Made by a program: the position numbers and the translations under genes. The notes under the pieces were generated by a model, which had not been told where the DNA came from, searched no databases, and worked only from the letters and a program-made list of their open reading frames with translations. DNA of 63,961 bases, filler included, from Licmophora abbreviata (taxonomy: Eukaryota), in assembly GCA_900291995.1 (NCBI GenBank). It is 9 parts of 9 records of this genome, joined end to end, with 100 filler letters (N's around TTAATTAATTAA, not from the genome) between each part and the next. Parts side by side here need not be neighbours in the genome. Positions count along the whole stretch, not along the records: positions 1 to 11,672 come from OLMU01000771.1; positions 11,773 to 28,746 come from OLMU01000773.1; 7 more parts are not named here. One strand, 5' to 3'. Positions 9,906 through 20,809 of the stretch are shown here, piece after piece. Positions within the stretch are counted from its first letter, which is position 1; every line of letters begins with the position of its first letter.

Positions 9906-11672
9906 ATGACGGCTTCAGTGAAGCATCGCATGGAAGCAGATTCATCCTGGGCTGCTCATTTGACACGTGTGGACCCAGAAGGCGTGAACTTTCCAGGTGA
10001 AATCGAGTCAGATCAAGGAGAGCGTCGCCTCCGCCATCACGGGAAGGATCGTGATGGGGACGACGTCTTGGATGATCTGGATTTGGTCGAGTTCGAGCAG
10101 GAAAAGTCGGAAGAGTTTCTGAAGAAATTAAAGCATGATCAAAAACGAAACCAAAAAAAGCTGGCTCTCAAGAGGAGGAAACACAAGAAGATGGTCAACC
10201 ATCTCCTAGACTATAGCTCTGGCATTCAGGAAGAAACCGTTCACGGAATGATGGTACGTACCTACTCGAGGCTTTGCCGGTGATATGGATCAAAAACCTC
10301 GTCCTGACAGAGACTTTAATCCTCTTGCTCGCAAAGATCGATGCTGGGAGCTCCGGAAGTCGTATGCATGTCTACGAGTGGAATTCAAGGACTCTGCATT
10401 CGGCTCACGAAGTTCGGCTCGCAGTCAGTGGCGGAAAACTGACGTATCCAGGCTCCGATACACGCTGGACAGACCGTCTCCGCCCTGGCCTGTCCGCTTT
10501 TGCGTCGCTGTCAGACGATGAGCTCATGGAGGTGCGTATTATTCTTGTTATGAGGCCAGCGACAACACTAGCAGTTATCGTTATGCTCAAATACATGTCC
10601 TTGTTTGCTTTCCAGGGCGTCGCTGAGTATCTGAAGCCACTCCTGGACTTTGCCGCAGCGGTCCTGCACACCAAGAAATCAAGCTTTGGAAGTTTTCCCA
10701 TCTTTCTACGTGCCACGGCCGGGTTGCGAGTCATCCCGCAGGAGGACCGCTTCCGTCTCATTGGCGCTGTTCGGTCCTTGTTCTCCAACAAGACCTTTTG
10801 TCCCTTTTACTTTGAGCAAGAGTTTGCCCGTACTATTAGCGGGGAAGAGGAAGCTATCTTTGGATGGACGGGCATTAATTTCGTAATGGGAAACCTTCTT
10901 GCGGATACAGGTCGGTGTTTGCAAGTGTTATATTGATCTCTTCTGTCGGTCTGTATCGCTAAGTGTTTCCTAACCAACCTCCTCGTCACTCTTTTCCGTT
11001 ATTTCAGAGGGAAGTGGTACTGTGCTAAATCCTCGCATGACCTATGGGGCCCTGGATATGGGTGGTGCTAGTACGCAAATTAGTTTCTATGAGCCGACTG
11101 GTGACATAATGTCCAATCTCTTCAAACTACAGATCGGACAAGGAAAACATTGGAACTTGTACGCACACTCGTACCTATACTACGGGATTGACGAAGCGGT
11201 CAACCGACTTGAGGCAATGTTGATTGACGGCCAGAATGCGACTGAACGTCTGGTAGATGGAATCTACAATCCCTGCCTACCCGGTGGTGCCACGAAGGAT
11301 ATCCGAACAGACATTCACTTCAATTCGGCTGGATACGAGAGTTGGGGGTACACTCGATCTGTCACTGGAGACGGATTTCAGCAAGCCACCCTCACGAATC
11401 ATCAAGAGGGTGGAGACCCTGACGCTTGCATGGCATACGCCAAGAAAATGATGCATAAGAGCCAGAATATGTGGTGCAACTTCTCGCATCGCGGGGACTG
11501 CTCGTTTGCCGGTGTGTACCAGCCTGATCTGCCAACTCAGTCCGAGCAATTTGGTAAATTTCTCGCGTTCTCAAACTACTTTCACGTTTGGGACTTCTTG
11601 AAGCTTCCATCGGAGTCCTCGCTCAACGATCTTGAAACTAAGGCTCGCTGGGCTTGTTCCTTGAGCCGCAGG
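9906..11672 (+). CDS. Apyrase / nucleoside phosphatase GDA1-CD39 family; spliced, 3' end lost in gap; start uncertain
   Basis: Introns 10254-10336, 10532-10615 and 10911-11007 join IDAGSSGSR (ACR1), ATAGLR (ACR2), ISGEEEAIFGW (ACR3) and GALDMGGASTQI (ACR4). Confidence 0.92.
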
Positions 11673-11772
11673 NNNNNNNNNNNNNNNNNNNNNNNNNNNN
11701 NNNNNNNNNNNNNNNNTTAATTAATTAANNNNNNNNNNNNNNNNNNNNNNNNNNNNNNNNNNNNNNNNNNNN
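11673..11772. other. Artificial scaffold spacer N44-TTAATTAATTAA-N44 (also 28747-28846, 30934-31033, 33638-33737, 39876-39975, 43400-43499, 57514-57613, 61148-61247)
   Basis: Eight identical 100-nt blocks. The central 12-mer gives stop codons in all six frames. Confidence 0.98.
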
Positions 11773-11822
11773 AATGAGACACCCACCCCGAGTGGAAAAG
11801 CCAACACATCCTCGAGCCTTAC

Positions 11823-13047
11823 CTTCCCGCTTCCTTGTCAAAAACTCGCGGGCAACGTTCTTGTCGCCTCCCAGTATGTGGGTTAATTTGTCCTCTATCG
11901 ACTCTGCCAGTTTCTTTCCTTCGAGCATTTCCATTACTAGCAAGTGCTTGCAGCAAAGGTTCGTCACTGGTTGTGGTATCTGAATATGTCTAGCATACCT
12001 CGTCTTGGCCATGTTGTTCCGCACTTGGTCCAACGATGCGGCCTCGTTTCGATAATCGAATTCGGTCATTACTTGACGCTCCATTTCCTGCAAGAAAGGT
12101 TTCCAACCAGGTAGCGCAACTCGACACAGCCACCGGAAGACCTGAAAGTCGTGCACAAATCTTGCTTGCGATCCAGAGCTCATCACTTTGACCGCCACAA
12201 CTTTTCCTCCACGGTATTGACCCGCTGTTTCCCAGGGCGACTTTAGCACTGCCCTATGCACTTGTCCGATTGAAGCGGATCCTAAGGCTTCCATATCCAT
12301 ACTTTCAAAGACATCCTCCCATTGTAGTCCCAGTTCAGTTTGCAGTGCTTCACGAGCTTGTTGTTTGACTTCTTCTATCGGACTCGGTGGAATGGCGTCT
12401 TGAACAGTGGAAAATAGCTCGACGTATTGGATGGGTACAAAGTCAGGTCGCGATGATAGTACTTGACCAATCTTGACGTACAGGCCCTTCAAATGCAGTA
12501 TCAATTCAAGACTTGGCTGACAATATCGATCGTGCAAACTTCCATACACGTGATCCCGATGGTCTTTCGTGGCCGAAGTGGTCCCCAGCCACCATCGAGC
12601 GAACTGGTAGTGGAGGACCATTGGTCCCACACGGCGCCAAAAGTACACAGTACGCCGCGTCGCTTCTCCGTTGTGTCGGAGATAGTTGAGGGCCACGGAG
12701 GAGATGCCAAGGGTGGCTGCGAGTCTGGTCGGTCGGCCTTGTCCTGCAAGCAGGAGTAACGCCTGATTCAGCTTTTGCTTGGAAGTCTGTTTCGACCAGC
12801 AGTGGTCCGAAGACTCCAAACGTTCAGGATCGTCGGTGATTGGAGTACTTTTCTGTCCCTGATGGCGACTTCTGCTGCGCCTCCACCGGCGACTTGGCCG
12901 CCGATTGTCTTCTTCATGCTCATGACGTCTCGTCGTGACAAGACGCGTGGGAGGAGAGAGGACGGAGCCATCGCACAGGCAAAACAGATACCCGACGGTC
13001 ACAATGATTGAGAAAAGCAGTCCTACCGCATCGCGTTGCCTTGCCAT
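11823..13047 (-). CDS. ABC1/UbiB (ADCK) atypical kinase with N-terminal signal-like peptide; 3' part lost in gap
   Basis: LKGLYVKIGQVLSSRPDFVP, LGSASIGQVHRA, VAVKV, EFDYRNEA, LLVMEMLEG. GTAAGG donor near 11822. Confidence 0.9.
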
Positions 13048-13324
13048 GGGACTCTGACTGCCGTTGCAGAGCGACCGGGGTCGAGTGTCATTGTGAGCAT
13101 TACGGTCTCTTCGTCGGCGCAGCACACACTTCACTTTTTTCTTCACTTTTTTGTTGCAACTCCGATGAAATCGCGCATAGAATTCAACAAACAGGCGCGC
13201 GGCATCGTTACGATCTCCGGGTTATCTTGGGCGACTTACTCGACCCATCATCGTCATTGAAATCGCATCGCGTCCTCGGTTCCGCAACTTTGACCGACTT
13301 GGGAGTTGTGTGCCATTTTTCCAT

Positions 13325-14164
13325 ATGCGCTCCCTAAACCCATTGCTTTTACGGCTAGCTGTGCTATGCCTAGCACTTTGCAGAAAATCCAGAGCGTACT
13401 CGGTCCGAAAGGGTCGTTTACCGCCCAAGATCTGTCGTACCTCCGGCTCGTCGCGGCTGCATTCGTTTTCAAAGAGAACAGCATCACATTCCGCTTCCAC
13501 TTCACGTCGACATTTTCTTTCTGGGCTGTCTCGAAAGATTGGAGTTTGGTCCACAACAGCCTCCGTCCTGTCCTTCAGTGAATTTGCTCACGCGGCCTGT
13601 CTTGCGGGGGACACGTCGGCAGACTGCATTGGAGTTTACAAGATGCCCCTGGACGATGAAGTACTGGCATACGTCGAAACTCCAGAGATTCTCCAAAAGA
13701 CTGCTCCAGACGTGAGATGGGTTCCCCCAGTAGAGTATCCCAGTACGTTTGCTGCTGCTCGAACAGAACTAGTCGCACTGAAACAACAAATGCTGGCCCT
13801 TCAAGACGTGGTCCTCAAGGGAAACTTGACGGAAGCTGGAATCCAGCTGCTGGGCATTACACCGAGAGTGACTGTGGCGGGGCGTGTCGTTATCAATGCC
13901 TTGTACGAAACTAAAAAGACCCATGATGATGACCTGTCGATGAAGGGATACCGCGTCGAGGTTGCTCATACGGAACTTTTGGGCCGATTGGGGCAATGCG
14001 ACGTCTTGATGGGACAAGCGATCAGTGGGCAGCTTGGAGCATTGGCGCCCGCACAAATTCAGATTCTATCGGAAGTTCGAGAAGCCAATGAGTTTTTTGA
14101 TGATCTGCTGAAAGCCCTTCCGGAATCAATCAAGCGTGGAGACAAGAAACGAAAGAAGCGATAG
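13325..14164 (+). CDS. Hypothetical protein with tripartite (ER signal + transit + Tat) presequence; probable thylakoid lumen helical protein
   Basis: Hydrophobic signal ending SRA-Y, SRRHFL twin-Arg, hydrophobic stretch and AHA-A cleavage site. Mature part starts ACLAGDTSADCIGVYK. Confidence 0.7.
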   Translation: MRSLNPLLLRLAVLCLALCRKSRAYSVRKGRLPPKICRTSGSSRLHSFSKRTASHSASTSRRHFLSGLSRKIGVWSTTASVLSFSEFAHAACLAGDTSADCIGVYKMPLDDEVLAYVETPEILQKTAPDVRWVPPVEYPSTFAAARTELVALKQQMLALQDVVLKGNLTEAGIQLLGITPRVTVAGRVVINALYETKKTHDDDLSMKGYRVEVAHTELLGRLGQCDVLMGQAISGQLGALAPAQIQILSEVREANEFFDDLLKALPESIKRGDKKRKKR

Positions 14165-14706
14165 CAGATACTATCGCTTTTGGAAGTGCATGCATCAGCT
14201 TTATGCGAAGTACAAATATGGACGTTCTCAGTCCACCGGCTGATAGTTTTCTTGATGCCCCCGATTTGCCTTGTGAGTTGTATATAGACAGAATTGTCAC
14301 TCTCACATGATAGGATGCTTAACATTGAGTTTCCATCAAAAAGTGTTCTTCCTGATTTTCGCCGCTATGGATGCATACGATGTAGACGACTCTGCGCCAT
14401 ACAACGAGATTCCTTGCGCACGACAAAGGCCGATATATACTCCTAGTGAAGTAATTTGGTCCGTCGGACTTTGGACCCGCCTGGGGGCGCGAAGAGAACT
14501 GAGAACAACTCATCGCGATGTCGCGATCGCGAGACTTGACTGACTCGACTGACTCATGGTGTAGAACGCGACGCGCGGTGTGTGATGCTGCACGGCGCCC
14601 ATCACACACTGTTGTCTCTTGTTGTGTTGATGGGACAGTTGAACGGGCCCGTATCGGACGTTGCCTTCTCTCGGATATCTATATCGTCCCCGGAAAACTT
14701 AGCGCA

Positions 14707-15538
14707 ATGAGCGACCTGGCGACACAGGGTGCACCAGTCAGAATACAAACATTGGTATTCATTCGACATGGCATCGCTCGACACAACATTGTTGATGTGA
14801 CCACGGGACGAGCACCCAACTTGAGAGATCCGAGTCTCTTTGACCCTCCCCTGATTCTCGAAGGCAAACGACAGGCTCTCGACGCAGGAGAAAAGCTACG
14901 GCATAATTTAGTGCGGTCGGGAGCTCAGTTGCAGCTGGTTCTTGCATCACCGCTTACTCGGTGTCTTCAGACTGCATCATTGGCCTTCCTTCCAGGTGAT
15001 CAGTACACGCAGCAAGGGAGTCGGGAACCAACTTTTGTCTGCCTCGAAAGTATTCGTGAAGCGTATGGCAAGAACTATCCGGATAAGAGGAGGACCAAGT
15101 CTGAATTAGAGGTGAGCTACGATCTAGCTATTGCAGTACAGTATGGATGTCGAGGCATTGGCGCCTCGGGTAGTCGAACAACCATTGTCTCATCGCTGTG
15201 CTTGGGTCGCTACTTTTCCTTACGCCTAGCCTCAGTGGCCCATGATACACTTCGACCCGCTGATGACTGACGAAGACCAAGGATGGCAAGAGGATCGGCG
15301 AGAAACGATGGACGAGATTGTGATTCGAGTCAACCAGTTTCTCTCGTGGGTTGTCCAGCGATCCGAGATAAACGTGGCGGTCGTTTCCCACGGCGTATGG
15401 ATCGAGTGCTGCCTTCACGTCCATAGTCCGGAAACGCTCCATATGGGCGACCGAGTGTACAACTGCGACATGTTTCAGGCTGACTGTCTTTCCCAGAACG
15501 GCAAGTTCGTGGCTCTGCAGAACGTCCGTCGCATCTAG
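14707..15538 (+). CDS. Histidine phosphatase / phosphoglycerate mutase-like protein, 2 exons
   Basis: FIRHG, DPPL..G..QA, SPLTRCLQTA, VAVVSHG, NC. Intron 15112-15229 joins the two ORFs in frame. Confidence 0.9.
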
Positions 15539-15555
15539 CACCATCGAGCCACGTC

Positions 15556-16938
15556 TTAGTGCGTCTTGCCCCAGCGTTCTTTCCATGGTTTCGAATCTTG
15601 AATCAGACCACTCGAGTAAGCAAACCGCGCAGATGTAAGCCTCAGACGAGCATGATCCTTGGAGAACTCCTCCCGCGACATACGCTTCCACCCTCGAATC
15701 TTTTCCTGCAAGGCGTCATATCGTGCGACCGACGGAATGTCGGCAGCAACCACACTGTCATCGACTTGGTCTCCTGCGGCAAATGAACTTTCGTGCGAGT
15801 GTACAAGTTTGGCGTGCTTCAACCTGTCATGTCCGTGCTTGAGCCCCAGTTGCTCTGCAAAACTGTCGACACACTCGTCACGGAGCCGCTTGTGATTGCT
15901 GTGACCGCTAATGGTGTCGGGAGAATACAACTTGAGCATGGCCCGCATGGCCCAAAAGTCTGCCAACAGAGGCGGCCTACCATGTGTATGATTGGATATC
16001 CAGAAACTCATCGCAATGTCTTCGCAATTGAAATTCTTAGCGACAGAATCGAAAATGGGACGAGGCAACTCCTCGTAGTATGACTGTAGATAGTCGCGAT
16101 GCATGAAGGCATATCGCGGAAGCGACATGCTGTAATGATTTGACTTTTGAGTGGTGGACATATAGCCATAGGACCACACCGTTGTACTTGTATGCTGCTC
16201 ATGATCGCTCACGACATGAGTGCGTGCATCAAAGCCCACCATGCGTTCCGGGTGTCGCGTCCATCGGAAGAAGCCCGCATCGATGGCATCGCAATGTCGT
16301 AGGACGTCATCATCGATACTGAGAATGCCCAGCGTAGGTGTCTCGAGAATAATATGAAAGCGCTCATTCAGTGAATTCACCGTGTGCTTTTCCACCACAA
16401 CACCCGCAATGTCCTTGAGTTCCTCGGGAGGTTCTGCAGAAGCATCGCACCAGACGACTTGAATCTGTGCCACGCCCGGACAGGTGGCGTGATGCTTTAC
16501 TGAAGCCACAAGCTGTTCATTTCTCTGCCATGTGTTAATTCGTATTGTAAACTGCTCATAGTCGATCTCTCGGAGAGGCGATACCGTCACTGCTCGTCCA
16601 ATTCTCGGCGTTTCACCTGTAATACCGTGAGACACCTCATTCGGGACGACCGTGTTGCTCTCAGATCTATTCAACAGTACTTGAAAGAGGAAAACGTGCA
16701 CTCTCAGTAATAGTAGGACTGCTATCACGATGAAGGATACGACAGCGCAACGACGAGACAGAATCAGCGAGCCTGATGGACCGTGCTGTTTCTGGCGAGC
16801 GCGTGGACGCATGCGTCGACTGGCTGGGCCATCCGCAAGCACACCATTCTTTGTCGTAAGTGGAAGTGTCTCGCTTCTGGAGGACTCTACATCGATCGCA
16901 GATGAAGCGATGTCTCCCGAATAATGATGTCGTCTCAT
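15556..16938 (-). CDS. Glycosyltransferase family 64 (EXTL2/exostosin C-terminal-like), type II membrane protein
   Basis: N-terminal TM helix; NSLNERF, LSIDDDV (DxD), PERMVGF.AR.H, NCEDIAMSF, H...R..C. Confidence 0.92.
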   Translation of the reverse strand: MRRHHYSGDIASSAIDVESSRSETLPLTTKNGVLADGPASRRMRPRARQKQHGPSGSLILSRRCAVVSFIVIAVLLLLRVHVFLFQVLLNRSESNTVVPNEVSHGITGETPRIGRAVTVSPLREIDYEQFTIRINTWQRNEQLVASVKHHATCPGVAQIQVVWCDASAEPPEELKDIAGVVVEKHTVNSLNERFHIILETPTLGILSIDDDVLRHCDAIDAGFFRWTRHPERMVGFDARTHVVSDHEQHTSTTVWSYGYMSTTQKSNHYSMSLPRYAFMHRDYLQSYYEELPRPIFDSVAKNFNCEDIAMSFWISNHTHGRPPLLADFWAMRAMLKLYSPDTISGHSNHKRLRDECVDSFAEQLGLKHGHDRLKHAKLVHSHESSFAAGDQVDDSVVAADIPSVARYDALQEKIRGWKRMSREEFSKDHARLRLTSARFAYSSGLIQDSKPWKERWGKTH

Positions 16939-17163
16939 GGGAATGTGCAAAGGCGTTCCGCTCGCTCATCACACCATGGTGGGCTCTCGTCGTCGTCGCG
17001 GTGTGAGAAACTCCACGCCGGCAGCCCATCCGCACGCGCGGGACTGACTTGTGGGACTCGCGAGCTCGAAAGCGAGCTATTTCGTAACTATATGGCGCGC
17101 CGAAACAAACGGCGCCGGCTCGAAATTGAAAATGACACGATGTGACTGCGGCATATTGAATAT

Positions 17164-18009
17164 GTGTTGCCCTCCTGTGTTACGCCGATCGTGAGATCGA
17201 CCCTCGTACGTGTCGGCAGTGTGGATACCGAACTATACACGCTTCGTCATTCCTCCATCCATGGCGTCGCCTCACGGAAATCGAAACTTGCGTACCATGT
17301 GTCGATGGATGATGCTGTCATCACACAGATCCAAAATTGGAGTTCATCGGTGCATCCACACCGTCGACACGCTTACCATACCGCTGCAAGGCACCCTTCC
17401 CAAAGACGGAAAGGGTCTAGCAGTCTCTCAGTATGCAGAGGTAAGTCGACGGATTTTTCGGTGACATTGGCGCACATCACATACAAGACCGACTCATCGT
17501 ATTGCTCGCGATCGACCTTTCTCACTGCGTATAAGACAACCCGAACATTTCCGAGGGAACACGTGTCGCAGTTTGCACGTCTCGTCGGCGATTCTAACCC
17601 CCTGCACTCGTGTTGGCACAAGGACGAACTTCCCAACGTCCAAGTGTATCTTGATGCGGGTCTTGCGCAGTGGCAGTCTACTTCCAACACCAGCAATGAT
17701 CAGAATTGTGTTTCCGAAGCTCTGGTTCCGGGAATGATGGTGGCATCGCTCTTTTCCTCCATCTTTGGTAGTCGAATACCAGGCTCTGTGTATCGAAGTC
17801 AGCGATTGGTCTTTTGTGCGCCAGTGTTTGCCAATCAGCAAGTCATTGGACGCGTGGTAATAACCAAACTTAGGCCATGGAGGCAAGGCGTAATTCTCAA
17901 TTGCAACACCACCGTACGAAAACAGCAAGATGGCATAGAATGTGTAACAGGGGAAGCTAGTGTGTGGCTTCCAAATGGAACCGTACTGAAACGGGAAGGA
18001 GAGATATAG
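17164..18009 (+). CDS. MaoC/hotdog-fold (R)-hydratase-dehydratase (HTD2/PhaJ-like); start uncertain
   Basis: FARLVGDSNPLH hydratase motif, VPGMMVASLFSSIFG..PGSVYRSQ.L.F.APVF, GEA.V. Confidence 0.85.
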   Translation: MLPSCVTPIVRSTLVRVGSVDTELYTLRHSSIHGVASRKSKLAYHVSMDDAVITQIQNWSSSVHPHRRHAYHTAARHPSQRRKGSSSLSVCRGKSTDFSVTLAHITYKTDSSYCSRSTFLTAYKTTRTFPREHVSQFARLVGDSNPLHSCWHKDELPNVQVYLDAGLAQWQSTSNTSNDQNCVSEALVPGMMVASLFSSIFGSRIPGSVYRSQRLVFCAPVFANQQVIGRVVITKLRPWRQGVILNCNTTVRKQQDGIECVTGEASVWLPNGTVLKREGEI

Positions 18010-18237
18010 CCTTCATCATGTTCGCGTTCCCTATCTGTTTTCTATCCCCGACAGTATTGCGTCGTTGTACATTCATGATGTGTGACGCTACGACGCAAGA
18101 TTTACGAAAATAGTTTACTATGATAGTATATATAAATCATTCTGTTGTCCTCTCTTTCTTTCTCATGATAGTGCGCTAATACTTGCAACAGATCCCCAAA
18201 CACTGAATGCCACTGGAGCCCCGACCTCCTCGAACTC

Positions 18238-18810
18238 TCACTTGTGGTTGCTCAACGTCAAGCCCCGGCGGAAGGACCCCTGAAGGATAGCGACTACAGC
18301 TACCACGCCACAGAGAATCAAAAAGGACCCCCAAAAGAATGATCTCCGAATGGGTAACCCGTCGTGTCCTTCCTCGACTTCAAACTTGTGAACGTGCGTC
18401 ACGTCGTTGTCACCATCGCTCCCCATTGTGATTGTAGTGCCATTGTCGACGACTTTTTCCTCCACGGAATCGACCGCCCCATGCATACCGCAAGCAGCCA
18501 GGTCTTGACGAATCTTCTCCTCTGCATGCCGTAATCGTGCCAAGTCTTCCTTCATATCATCGTCTTCGTCCTCATTCCCAAAGAATGCAGTTCCATTCTG
18601 CGGACTCGTCGCAAAGAAGGAGCCATCGCGAATCCTTTCGAGAATTTCGTCTGCCTCCTCTCCAAGCAGTTGAACTTGATCCAGGATATCATCCGTGACC
18701 ACTCCAGTATCGCCCTTGGCGATACTTCTCGGGATACTGCCATCGCCGAAGTGCGTGACGACGCGGTGATGACTGCCGCATGAGTTGGTGTGAAGACCGG
18801 CGGATGTCAT
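18238..18810 (-). CDS. Hypothetical acidic protein with short coiled coil and C-terminal TM helix (tail-anchored-like)
   Basis: Open frame with acidic composition; FFWGSFLILCGVVAVVAIL near the C-terminus. Confidence 0.55.
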   Translation of the reverse strand: MTSAGLHTNSCGSHHRVVTHFGDGSIPRSIAKGDTGVVTDDILDQVQLLGEEADEILERIRDGSFFATSPQNGTAFFGNEDEDDDMKEDLARLRHAEEKIRQDLAACGMHGAVDSVEEKVVDNGTTITMGSDGDNDVTHVHKFEVEEGHDGLPIRRSFFWGSFLILCGVVAVVAILQGSFRRGLTLSNHK

Positions 18811-19129
18811 CACAGGATCGAGGCGACGATACAAGTACGCAAATGTGGTAATTGGTTCGCACGGACAACAGAGCAAGATCTGGCAATGACGTGAGTGTCA
18901 ATGGAACATGGTTTACATCAGGAATGGACTCGACTCATCGCTTTCTCCATCACTCTCACTTTGTTGGCGAGGGGTCTCGAATGCTTTCCTCAGTGATGAG
19001 GATAATGAAATGGTCATCGGCGACGAGGGATCAGTTTTCGCGCGGCGCGCGATGACGGAGGACGCGAGATGATGACACATCGACCATGAGGATGATGATG
19101 TATATGGAACGGGCAATCCTATCGTCGCC

Positions 19130-20594
19130 ATGACCATCAGCAGTGTCCTCATGAGTATGGCAGCCAGTACAGCGTCCACTAATCCTCATCGCGTCGCCAT
19201 TGTCGGTGGAGGAATCACGGGAGCGATGGCGGCCTCCGTATTGTCTTCACACGACAACGACGAGCCTGTGAGGATACATGTCGATCTGTTTGATCAAGGG
19301 AGAAGCGGTGTAGGAGGGAGGAGCAGAACACGTCGAATAGTAGAGGATGGGCTTTCGCTTGAATGGGATCATGGATGTCAGGTAAGAAAATCATCTTGGG
19401 GAGGAGTCTATTTTGGGTTTTGCTCGTTTCTTACGACGTTTTGCTACCTGCGTGACATCCACACAGTTCTTTCGTGCTGACACGGAGCGTTTTCGCAAGG
19501 TAGTTCAAGGATGGTTGCATGACGGAAACGTCAAAGAATGGAAGGGTCGGTTCGTCACAGATGTTTCATCAGGGAATCCAGACAATGGGTTCTTCGGCAT
19601 GCCATCTCTTCCTCCCTTCTATATTGGTTCGGACGGTATGCAGTCCGTACCCAAGCTTGTCTTGGCGGGGTGCAATGCCGTGCGTGTACACGCCGGTACA
19701 CGCGTATCTGGAATGACGCGCGATGGATCCACTCAAAAATGGACACTGCTGGGAACTGGAGGTGAGGCTGCCTACCATGATACATCCGAAGAAGTTGCCA
19801 AGCGGAAAGCAGAAGATCGAGTCATTGGAAGCGACTACGACGCTGTTCTACTGACAGATGTGAGCTCTTCCTTTGATGGGTGGCACCGAGCCTCGGCTGG
19901 TGTTCCCGAATCATTTGCAGCACGGGTCCGTCAACGAGTTGGAGCGAGGGTTCCCCTCTTTGCTGCGTTGGTTGCTTATGAGACGCCGTTAGCAGTCGAC
20001 TTTGACGCCATATCTTTTCAAGGGGATGATTCTACTGTATGGTTCGCGTCCCGCATGTTGTCGAAAGGCGGCTCATCGTCGGGGAGTGAACTGGACTGCT
20101 GGACCCTCGTATCGACTCCCGAATATGCATTGGGTCAGATTGAATCCACGCCTATGCAAGACCCAAAGACTGGAGAATTTGTCCCTCAACAGAACGAATA
20201 TCTAACTACTGTCCCAGGCCCGGATCTATTACACGCCTTTCACAAGGCCATCGCCGAGCGCACGTCTGACATTCCAAAGACGGCTTACCTCAGTGCGCAG
20301 CGATGGGGCTCCGCAATGCCATGTCATCGACACTTGACAGAAGCGTCGCCGACGCGAAAGATTCTTTCGAGCGTCCCTTACGACTCATGCCGGGCTGCTC
20401 TGGCGCCAACGATTCGATTCAATTGCGACGACAAAATGGACTACCTGATGGACGAGGAGCTAATGCTGTTCCAAGCTGGAGACATGATTTCCCTATTCAC
20501 TCCGGGGTTTGAAGGCGCAGCACTTTCGGGGATGGACGCAGCACATCGGCTTGGAGATATTCTCAAGGGAACCACGAATGATGTTCCAAGTTGA
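19130..20594 (+). CDS. Renalase-like NAD/FAD-dependent oxidoreductase, 2 exons
   Basis: VAIVGGGITG Rossmann motif, DQGRSGVGGR, WDHGCQ|FF across intron 19382-19466, QRWGSAMP, GD....GFEGAALSG. Confidence 0.9.
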
Positions 20595-20809
20595 TGAGCT
20601 ATGACGGCACATTGATAAGCACCGGCGGGACTTGCCTAGTGGCTTTCGGACGAGTTGAATAAAAGATAAAAAGACTCGCACTCACAACTTGTCCTACGTA
20701 GTAACATAAACACTCGGAGCCGTGGAGGCATCAACAAGCTCAAAGATCAAATGACCTTGCTTCTCAAGTAACAGAGGAATCGTCGTTAGGGACCCACGCG
20801 TCAACATGC

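Noticed and set aside
11717..11728. Repeated TTAATTAATTAA palindrome (8 copies) as a biological repeat or transposon target
   Set aside because: Always centred in identical N44 blocks; it is a six-frame-stop scaffolding linker.
15556..20594. GT64, MaoC dehydratase, oxidoreductase and phosphatase as a biosynthetic gene cluster
   Set aside because: No scaffold enzyme (PKS, NRPS or terpene synthase), and predicted localisations differ.
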